Below, piece after piece: positions 36,901-44,448 of a stretch of 64,000 nt of DNA. The position numbers and the translations under genes were made by a program. Positions within the stretch are counted from its first letter, which is position 1. Every line of letters begins with the position of its first letter. The notes below the pieces were generated by a model. It had not been told where the DNA came from and did no database searches. It saw only the letters and a list, made by a program, of their open reading frames with translations. Source of the DNA: Gammaproteobacteria bacterium (GTDB lineage: Bacteria; Pseudomonadota; Gammaproteobacteria; GCA-002705445; GCA-002716945); the NCBI GenBank assembly GCA_030835925.1, contig JAURQW010000012.1, positions 3,500-67,499 of the forward strand, in the 5' to 3' direction.

Positions 36901-37719
36901 ATGGGTGTAAAAATAATTGCCGAAGGTGGCATTAATCATAATGGCGATATCACTATGGCAGAAAAACTAATTGATGTAGCCGTTGATTCTGGTTGTGATT
37001 ATATTAAATTTCAAAAAAGGAATCCAGATATCTGTGTACCAGAAAAACAAAAGAATGTTCCTAAGTCTACTCCTTGGGGTGATATGACATACCTAGAGTA
37101 TAAAAAGAAAACTGAATTTGATAAAAAAGAATATGACCATATTGACAAATATTGTAAGAAACAGAAGATTAAGTGGTTTTGCAGTGTTTGGGATCTAGAT
37201 TCTGTAGATTTTATGAAACAGTATTGTTCTATAACAAAAATACCCTCAGCTTTGATTGTTGATGAAAAGTTATGTAAAAAAGCAAGACAAGAAAATACTG
37301 AGCTAATTATATCAACAGGTATGAGTACAGAAAAAGAGATTGAGCAAGCTATTTCTTGGTGTGATCCTGATATAATTATGCACACAAATTCCACTTATCC
37401 CTCTCCTTTAAATCAAATAAATATTAGATATATCAGTTGGTTACAGTCTAAATATAAAAATAAAATCATTGGTTATAGTGGACATGAGTTAGGACTTATG
37501 CCTACAATTCATGCTGTTGCAATTGGAGCAAAATATGTAGAAAGACATATAACTCTTGATAAAGAATTATGGGGCTCTGATCATAAGGCCTCACTTGAGC
37601 CTAAAGAACTGAATGAATTAGTTGCATTTATAAGAGAAATCGAAGCTAGCGCTGGTGACGGTGGTCCTAGGTCGCTACTCCAAGGCGAGAAAGACAAACT
37701 CAAGAGTCTGCGTGGTTGA
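36901..37719 (+). CDS. NeuB-family PEP-condensing (ulosonic/nonulosonic acid) synthase lacking the SAF domain
   Basis: IIAEGGINHNGDITMAEKLIDVA..CDYIKFQKR; SGHELG; ERHITLD. At 272 aa it ends before any SAF/antifreeze-like domain. Confidence 0.7.
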   Translation: MGVKIIAEGGINHNGDITMAEKLIDVAVDSGCDYIKFQKRNPDICVPEKQKNVPKSTPWGDMTYLEYKKKTEFDKKEYDHIDKYCKKQKIKWFCSVWDLDSVDFMKQYCSITKIPSALIVDEKLCKKARQENTELIISTGMSTEKEIEQAISWCDPDIIMHTNSTYPSPLNQINIRYISWLQSKYKNKIIGYSGHELGLMPTIHAVAIGAKYVERHITLDKELWGSDHKASLEPKELNELVAFIREIEASAGDGGPRSLLQGEKDKLKSLRG

Positions 37720-37725
37720 GTTTAA

Positions 37726-38799
37726 ATGAACTTTGTCAGTCATTTCAAAAATAAAACAGTCCTTGTTACAGGTAACACGGGCTTTAAGGGTTCATGGTTA
37801 TCACTATGGCTTAATCTCATGGGCGCAAAGGTAATTGGAGTCTCTAAAGATATACCAACAATCCCATCTCATTATAAGCTTAATAATAAGTTTTATCTCA
37901 AAAATGAAAAATTTGATTTATCAAATAAAAAATTAATTACGAAAATTATTAAAAATTCTAAGCCAGATTATATATTTCATTTAGGAGCTCAAGCTATAGT
38001 ATTAGAATCATATAACGATCCATATGCAACCTATCTATCAAATACAGTTGGTACGCTGAATATATTAGAGTCATTAAAGGAAAGTAATCATAAATGTACT
38101 GCAATTTTAATTACTAGTGATAAATGTTATGAGAATATTGACAAAAAAGTTAATTATAAGGAAAAGGATAGACTCGGTGGACTTGACCCCTATAGCTCAT
38201 CAAAAGCATCAGCTGAACTTATAATACGAAGTTATTATGAATCATATTTTAAAACTAAATCTTCCAATGTCAGAATCTGTTCTGCTAGAGCAGGCAATGT
38301 AATGGGCGGAGGTGATTGGGCAAAACATAGGATAGTCCCAGATTGCATGAAATCATGGTCTGAAGGAAAAAAAGTAATTATAAGAAATGCTAAATCAACA
38401 AGACCATGGCAACATGTTCTTGAGCCATTAAGCGGATACCTGACACTTGCAAAATCATTATCCAAAGATCAAAATCTAAACGGCGAAGCTTTTAATTTTG
38501 GTCCTAATTCAAGTTCCTCTCATACTGTTAAAGAATTAGTTGATAATCTATCTTTATATTATCCGGGGTCAGAGTCTAAAGTAATCCTAGATAAAAATAA
38601 ACGATATGAAGCCAATCTCCTTAGTTTGAATTGTTTAAAAGCAAAAAAATTACTTAATTGGTCATCTAAGATTAATTTTAAGAATACTGCCAAGATGACA
38701 AGTCAATGGTATGAGACATATTATAATTCAAGTCCGAATAATGCCTATAAGTTATCATTAGAGCAGATTGAGAGATATATAGCGTTATTAGATAGATGA
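37726..38799 (+). CDS. rfbG: CDP-glucose 4,6-dehydratase
   Basis: FKNKTVLVTGNTGFKGSWLSLWL (RfbG-type N-terminus), YSSSKASAE and RPWQHVLEPLSGYL. Confidence 0.8.
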   Translation: MNFVSHFKNKTVLVTGNTGFKGSWLSLWLNLMGAKVIGVSKDIPTIPSHYKLNNKFYLKNEKFDLSNKKLITKIIKNSKPDYIFHLGAQAIVLESYNDPYATYLSNTVGTLNILESLKESNHKCTAILITSDKCYENIDKKVNYKEKDRLGGLDPYSSSKASAELIIRSYYESYFKTKSSNVRICSARAGNVMGGGDWAKHRIVPDCMKSWSEGKKVIIRNAKSTRPWQHVLEPLSGYLTLAKSLSKDQNLNGEAFNFGPNSSSSHTVKELVDNLSLYYPGSESKVILDKNKRYEANLLSLNCLKAKKLLNWSSKINFKNTAKMTSQWYETYYNSSPNNAYKLSLEQIERYIALLDR

Positions 38800-39218
38800 T
38801 AGAAGAAATAATTATCACCCATTTAAAAAGGATACACGTATCTAACGGAGATGTTCTTCATGGGATGAAAAAGACAGATGATGGATACACTGATTTTGGA
38901 GAGATTTATTTTTCAAATATTTTAAAAGATAAAATAAAAGCTTGGAAAATCCATAAAAAAATGACATTAAATCTAATAGTACCATCTGGCTCAGTGCGTT
39001 TTAATTTTATTCAAGTTAGCTCAGAGGGATTGATAGATAATCGCATGGAGATCACAGTCTCTAGTGACAACTATTGCAGGATCACAGTACCGCCAAATAT
39101 AATTTTTGGATTTAAGGGAATAGGAAAGGATGCAAACATTATTGCAAATATTGCAGATATTACTCATAGTGACGATGAAGTGAAAAAAATTGATATTAAT
39201 AAATTTGAGTTCAAATAA
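38796..39218 (+). CDS. Small RmlC-like cupin (NDP-sugar epimerase / keto-isomerase candidate)
   Basis: 140 aa with a cupin-like FGEIYFSNILKDKIKAWKIHKKMTLNLIVPSGSVRF, located between rfbG and rfbF. Confidence 0.5.
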   Translation: MIEEIIITHLKRIHVSNGDVLHGMKKTDDGYTDFGEIYFSNILKDKIKAWKIHKKMTLNLIVPSGSVRFNFIQVSSEGLIDNRMEITVSSDNYCRITVPPNIIFGFKGIGKDANIIANIADITHSDDEVKKIDINKFEFK

Positions 39219-39219
39219 A

Positions 39220-39921
39220 ATGAGAGTAATAATATTGGCGGGTGGATTCGGAACAAGACTTGGGGAGGTCACAGATCTTATCCCAAAACCTATGGTATCA
39301 GTAGGGGGAAAGCCTATAATTATTCACCTCATGGAACATTTTGCTTCATATGGGCATACTCAGTTTCATATAGCACTAGGATATAAAGCTAATGTAATTG
39401 AAAAATATTTTAATGAACATTCTTTTGAATGGAGCATTAATCTTCATGATACAGGACTCCATACTGCGACTGGTGGGAGGGCTAAACAAATTAGCTCGTC
39501 ATTAAATGGCGAAAAATGTTTTCTTACATATGGAGATGGGTTATCTAATGTAGATTTATCTCAACTAGAAATATTTCATAATAACCATGGTGGGTTAGCT
39601 ACAGTAACAGCAGTTCATCCAGCGGCTAGATTTGGAGAATTAGATTTAGATGGTGATAGGGTGTTGTCCTTTGAGGAAAAACCACAGCTTCAGACCGGGT
39701 GGATAAATGGCGGATTTTTTCTTTTAGAAAATGATTTTTTTAAATATATTAGCTCTGATTCAATCATGCTTGAAAGAGAGCCGTTAGAATCAGCGACAAA
39801 AGATAAAAATTTATTTGCGTTTAAGCACGATGGTTTCTGGCAATGCATGGACACAAGGAGAGATCATAGTTTATTAGAAGAACTATACAAGCAGGGCAAT
39901 CCTCCATGGCAAAAAAAATAA
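39220..39921 (+). CDS. rfbF: Glucose-1-phosphate cytidylyltransferase
   Basis: MRVIILAGGFGTRLGEVTDLIPKPMV, WINGGFF and GFWQCMDTRRD motifs. ATG 39220 lies 1 nt after the upstream stop. Confidence 0.8.
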   Translation: MRVIILAGGFGTRLGEVTDLIPKPMVSVGGKPIIIHLMEHFASYGHTQFHIALGYKANVIEKYFNEHSFEWSINLHDTGLHTATGGRAKQISSSLNGEKCFLTYGDGLSNVDLSQLEIFHNNHGGLATVTAVHPAARFGELDLDGDRVLSFEEKPQLQTGWINGGFFLLENDFFKYISSDSIMLEREPLESATKDKNLFAFKHDGFWQCMDTRRDHSLLEELYKQGNPPWQKK

Positions 39922-39983
39922 GTATCTTAGGTATTACATTAAATCAATTGGCAGAGTTTAAAAGCTCTGAAAGGTAAAATATA

Positions 39984-40673
39984 ATGAATGTTATCGCAAT
40001 AATACCCGCAAGAGGAAATAGTAAAGGAATAAAAAATAAAAATATTATTAATTTTTGTAATAAACCATTAATATATTGGACTATAGAACAATCACTAAAA
40101 AGTAAGCATATAAGCCAGAATGTTTATGTTACTTCTGATAATAAAGATATCTTGGATTTATCAGCAAGCTATGGCGCGATACCAATATTAAGGCCAGATG
40201 AGTTGTCAACAGATACATCTTCAAGCGAAGATGCACTATTACATGCAATAGAGAAAATCGAGAAGACTACCAGTATTGATTTAGTTGTCTTTTTGCAATG
40301 CACATCACCATTAAGAGAGACTGACGATATCGATAATGCCATTGATAGTTTTATAAAAAATGATTATGATTCACTTTTTTCAGCTACAGATATGAAAGAT
40401 TTATGTTTATGGAGATCTATAGATGATAATTTCTGTAGTATAAATTTTAATTATAAGGCGAGACAAATGAGACAAAATATAACGCCTCAATATTCTGAAA
40501 ATGGATCATTTTATATAGTTAAACCAGATATCTTAAAAAAGAATAAAAATAGATTTGGTGGAAAAATTGGAATATATGAAATGGATGCATGGAAGGTATA
40601 TGAAATAGATGAAGAGGATGATATTGAGATTTGTAATTATTTCATGACAACAAAAATCTTAAAAAATAATTAA
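39984..40673 (+). CDS. Second acylneuraminate-type cytidylyltransferase (CMP-ulosonate synthetase)
   Basis: IAIIPARGNSKGIKNKNI and LQCTSPLR motifs; 229 aa. Confidence 0.8.
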   Translation: MNVIAIIPARGNSKGIKNKNIINFCNKPLIYWTIEQSLKSKHISQNVYVTSDNKDILDLSASYGAIPILRPDELSTDTSSSEDALLHAIEKIEKTTSIDLVVFLQCTSPLRETDDIDNAIDSFIKNDYDSLFSATDMKDLCLWRSIDDNFCSINFNYKARQMRQNITPQYSENGSFYIVKPDILKKNKNRFGGKIGIYEMDAWKVYEIDEEDDIEICNYFMTTKILKNN

Positions 40674-40691
40674 AAAATGGTACGATAAGCA

Positions 40692-41663
40692 ATGGCAAAT
40701 AGAAAAGTATATATGAATGGAAAATTTGTTGATGAATGTGAAGCAAAGGTATCAATCTTTGACTCATCTTTAATGTTTGGTGACATGGTATTTGAAATGA
40801 CTAGGTCATTCAATGGCGAACATTTTAAACTCAAAGAACATATCGATAGATTATTTATGGGGTTAAAAATTCTTCGTATAGAATTACCAGAGAGTAAAGA
40901 AGATGTATATAATTTATGCATAAAAACCGCCCAAATGAATCAAGATGCATTTGATGAAGACGATGAACATAGGTTACTAATAGACGTATCAAGGGGTGTT
41001 TTGGGAATTTATGAGGGGATCAATGGTATCCATCGTGGATACAATTTAATTATTGCAGACTTCCCGTTAAAATGGACAGTTCAAGGTATGGGAAAGTTAT
41101 TCTCAACGGGAATAAACAATGTAATTACTAATCAGAAAGTTATTCCCGCACACTTAATGGATCCAAAAATTAAAAATAGAAGTCGTCTCTTTTATTTAAT
41201 GGCAAACATAGAAGCATCATTATTTAAAGGTGAAAATAATTGGCCTTTAATGCTTGATACTGATGGATATATTACGGAGGGGAGTGGAGATAATTTTTTT
41301 ATTGTTAAGAATAATACTGTAATCTCGCCAGAAGGTAGAAATATGCTTAGAGGAATTAGTAGAGATTATATTATGAAAGACTTATGTAAAACTTTAGATA
41401 TAAATGTTATTGAGAAAAATATCGAACCTTATGATGTGTATGAAGCTGATGAAGCATTCATTTCTGCTACGCCATTTTGTATGTTACCTGTTACATCTCT
41501 AAATTCTCTCAAAATAGGTGATGGAAAACCTGGTAAAGTATTCAATAAATTAATACGTTTATGGTCAAAGAATACAGGTGTAGATATTATCAAACAAATA
41601 GAATCATGGAATAAAGGAATAGAAAATTCAAAAAATAAAGTAACACCATACAAATTTAAATGA
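40692..41663 (+). CDS. Class-IV (BCAT / D-amino-acid) PLP aminotransferase
   Basis: VSIFDSSLMFGDMVFEMTR..HIDRL; EGSGDNFFIV; RGISR. Confidence 0.7.
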   Translation: MANRKVYMNGKFVDECEAKVSIFDSSLMFGDMVFEMTRSFNGEHFKLKEHIDRLFMGLKILRIELPESKEDVYNLCIKTAQMNQDAFDEDDEHRLLIDVSRGVLGIYEGINGIHRGYNLIIADFPLKWTVQGMGKLFSTGINNVITNQKVIPAHLMDPKIKNRSRLFYLMANIEASLFKGENNWPLMLDTDGYITEGSGDNFFIVKNNTVISPEGRNMLRGISRDYIMKDLCKTLDINVIEKNIEPYDVYEADEAFISATPFCMLPVTSLNSLKIGDGKPGKVFNKLIRLWSKNTGVDIIKQIESWNKGIENSKNKVTPYKFK

Positions 41664-42409
41664 CAGATATACGTAAAGTTGTTGATAAGCTGAAAAATGA
41701 TAATTTTGTTATTATCAAAAATTTCTTTGATAAAAAAGTTTTATCTGAGATTAAAGTAGAAATAAAAATTCTTAAAGAAGCGGAAATGAATAGAAGAGAC
41801 AAGCATTTTATTAAAGTTAATGACAAATTAATACTTAGTAGCATGCATAATATTCATCTATATTCTACTTATTATAAAAATTTAATATTAGATAGCAAAT
41901 TGAGAGATATTGTCAAACTAAGGTATGGTTCAACAAGCAAGAGAATATTCAATTCTTCGCTTTTTGCTAAACCTAAAAATGTTGGGCTTTCTACGAAAAT
42001 ACATCAAGATAATGCATTTTTTAATTTAAATAATGCTGAAGCTCTGACATGTTGGGTTGCAATTGATAAATCAGACAAAGATAATGGAGGATTATTTTAT
42101 TATAAAGGATCTTCTAAATTAGGTCTTGTTAATCATATTCCTGAAGGCAATCTAGGGGCATCTATGACTATAGAGAAAACAGAAGAATTCAAAAGACTAA
42201 TTAAAAAATTCAAGAAAGTTTTTATTGATGTTTCTCCAGGAGATTGTGTTATACATGATGCACTAGTTGTTCATGGAAGTAAGTCCAATATTTCAAATAA
42301 AAATCGTAGAGCATTTAATTTTTCTATAGCTAGTAGAGATAGTATTAATAAGAAAAAACTTAATCTTTATAAAAATAAATTAAAAAAGTTCTTAGATGAT
42401 AATAAATAG
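41660..42409 (+). CDS. PhyH-family Fe(II)/2-oxoglutarate dioxygenase
   Basis: An HQD facial-triad start (KIHQDNAFF) and a distal His (ALVVHGSKSN); 249 aa. Confidence 0.65.
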   Translation: MTDIRKVVDKLKNDNFVIIKNFFDKKVLSEIKVEIKILKEAEMNRRDKHFIKVNDKLILSSMHNIHLYSTYYKNLILDSKLRDIVKLRYGSTSKRIFNSSLFAKPKNVGLSTKIHQDNAFFNLNNAEALTCWVAIDKSDKDNGGLFYYKGSSKLGLVNHIPEGNLGASMTIEKTEEFKRLIKKFKKVFIDVSPGDCVIHDALVVHGSKSNISNKNRRAFNFSIASRDSINKKKLNLYKNKLKKFLDDNK

Positions 42410-42606
42410 TGGATTACTCATCATATTTTATTAATCATATATCTAGCGAAGAAGTAACGCTAGAACGACAGCCTCTAGTAAATGTCACATATAATCAAGA
42501 ACTATACATATATAAAAATGGTGGTCATAGGCATCGTATGGGTACCCGAATAAACCATAAATTACCAGAAGACTTCTATCAACAAGGCAAGCTTCAATGG
42601 CAGTGA
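42409..42606 (+). pseudogene. Remnant of a glucose-1-phosphate cytidylyltransferase (rfbF) 3' end
   Basis: The last 58 aa align without gaps to the C-terminus of the 39220-39921 product, with 23/58 identical by hand count (LER.PL, ..K..G, M.TR..H.L.E..Y.QG...WQ). The GFWQCMDT motif has degraded to GHRHRMGT, and the roughly 200 N-terminal residues are absent. Confidence 0.65.
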
Positions 42607-42616
42607 AAATAAGTCA

Positions 42617-43549
42617 ATGAGAATACTTATAACAGGCGCATCTGGATTACTAGGTGGAAGACTGGCTAATCATCTTCATCAAAAAAAGAAATATATACTA
42701 ACAATGTTATCTAGAAGAGCAGAAGAACATGATTATTTAAAAAATTTTGGTTCTGTAATCAATATTGATTGGGACGATCAGAATCAATTAAATAAAATAC
42801 TAAAGAATATAGATATTGTAGTGCATGCTTTTGGACCAACAGCTCAACAGTGTTCAAACGATCCAGTTAATCAAATATCTTTATATAAGAAATATACACA
42901 AAATCTTTTAAAAGCTATAAAGTCGAATACGATATCTAAAGTTATATTATTATCGTCAATACATGTTTATTCTGAGAACCCAGAAGGAGATGTTGATGAA
43001 GAAAGCGCTACACTAAATAATCACCCTTATGCTTTAAGTAAAATTGCAGTGGAGGATATAATCAAAAAATCTACTATGTTAAATCCCAAGTTCTATACGT
43101 TGAGACTATCTAACTGTTATGGCTATCCGATAACCAGGACAAAAGACTGCTGGAATTTATTTGTTAATGATATTTGCAAAGGGTCAGTAACTAATAAATC
43201 ATTAATTATTAAGAACAATCCATACAACAGAAGAGATTTCCTACCAGTCACATACTTTTGCGATGTTGTCGAGCATATTATAAGCAATAACAATATAAAA
43301 GAAGGTTTATATAATTTAACATCAGGTGAAACAAGAGAATTGATTGAGTTTAGTAAATATATTAAAAATATTCTTAGAAAGACTTTAGGTGTATCTTTAC
43401 AAATTGAATATAATAAGCATAATAAAAAAACCAAAAATTTTGCACTATTAAATAATAAAATTTCTTCAAAGATACCAGATATATTGGTTAATCATGAAGA
43501 TGAGATTCAAAAATTATACATATATTGTAAAGATAATTTTACAAAATGA
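42617..43549 (+). CDS. NAD-dependent epimerase/reductase (extended SDR)
   Basis: ILITGASGLLGGRL and YALSKIAVE. Confidence 0.65.
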   Translation: MRILITGASGLLGGRLANHLHQKKKYILTMLSRRAEEHDYLKNFGSVINIDWDDQNQLNKILKNIDIVVHAFGPTAQQCSNDPVNQISLYKKYTQNLLKAIKSNTISKVILLSSIHVYSENPEGDVDEESATLNNHPYALSKIAVEDIIKKSTMLNPKFYTLRLSNCYGYPITRTKDCWNLFVNDICKGSVTNKSLIIKNNPYNRRDFLPVTYFCDVVEHIISNNNIKEGLYNLTSGETRELIEFSKYIKNILRKTLGVSLQIEYNKHNKKTKNFALLNNKISSKIPDILVNHEDEIQKLYIYCKDNFTK

Positions 43550-44448
43550 AATTTTCAATTATTTTGCCAACTTATAATAGAGCAGAATTGTTCCTCAAAA
43601 GAGCAATTGATTCAGTGGTTAGGCAGTCGTATAAAGATTGGGAGCTAATAATAGTTGATAACAATTCCACAGATAGTACAAAAGACTTGGTTGGCTCTTA
43701 TTCAGGTAATAATATTCGTTTATATAGTATCCAAAACGAAGGAAATATTGCAAAATCGCGCAATTTAGGTATATCAAAAGCGAAAGGTGAATTTATTGCA
43801 TTTTTAGATTCTGATGACTATTGGAGAGCAGATAAACTTGAGAAATGCATAAGTATTTTAAAAAATAATCCAGGCTATGACGGTGTTTGTCATGCTGAAT
43901 ACTGGATAGATGCTACAAGGTGTCAACAAATTAGAAAATATGGACCTGAAAGATATTTTAATTATAAACAACTACTTGTTAGAGGGAATTCAGTATCATT
44001 ATCTGCGATGATTGTTAATAGAGATAATATAATTACTGTAAAGAGTTTTTCAGAGAACAGAGAAATGATAACAGCTGAAGATTATGATTTATGGATAAAA
44101 TTAGCAAAGAATAACACAGAGATTTTTTTTACTAATGAGCCTTTAGGGTATTACCAGATACATGAGGATTCAGAGAGTTCGAATATATCAAGAAATACAA
44201 AAGCTATTATTTATGTTATAGAAAGCCACTTGAAAGATCAAAAAAAGATATTAAACAAAGCTCTTGCAAACTGCTGGAAAAATACTGGTAAACAATTTTA
44301 CTTAAATTGTTTAAATTATGAATCATATAGGTCATATCTAAAATCATTAAAATATAATTGCATGAATATAAAGATATATTTATTAATTTTAACCACTCTT
44401 GTGCCAGCCAAGTTTTATAAATATATAGTGAATAAGAAAAATGACTAA
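43546..44448 (+). CDS. Family-2 glycosyltransferase
   Basis: FSIILPTYNRAELFLKRAIDSV..QSYKDWELIIVDNNSTDST and FLDSDD. Confidence 0.8.
   Translation: MKFSIILPTYNRAELFLKRAIDSVVRQSYKDWELIIVDNNSTDSTKDLVGSYSGNNIRLYSIQNEGNIAKSRNLGISKAKGEFIAFLDSDDYWRADKLEKCISILKNNPGYDGVCHAEYWIDATRCQQIRKYGPERYFNYKQLLVRGNSVSLSAMIVNRDNIITVKSFSENREMITAEDYDLWIKLAKNNTEIFFTNEPLGYYQIHEDSESSNISRNTKAIIYVIESHLKDQKKILNKALANCWKNTGKQFYLNCLNYESYRSYLKSLKYNCMNIKIYLLILTTLVPAKFYKYIVNKKND

Noticed and set aside
37011-37394. 127-aa minus-strand ORF
   Set aside because: It is antisense to the NeuB-like synthase and has no motif.
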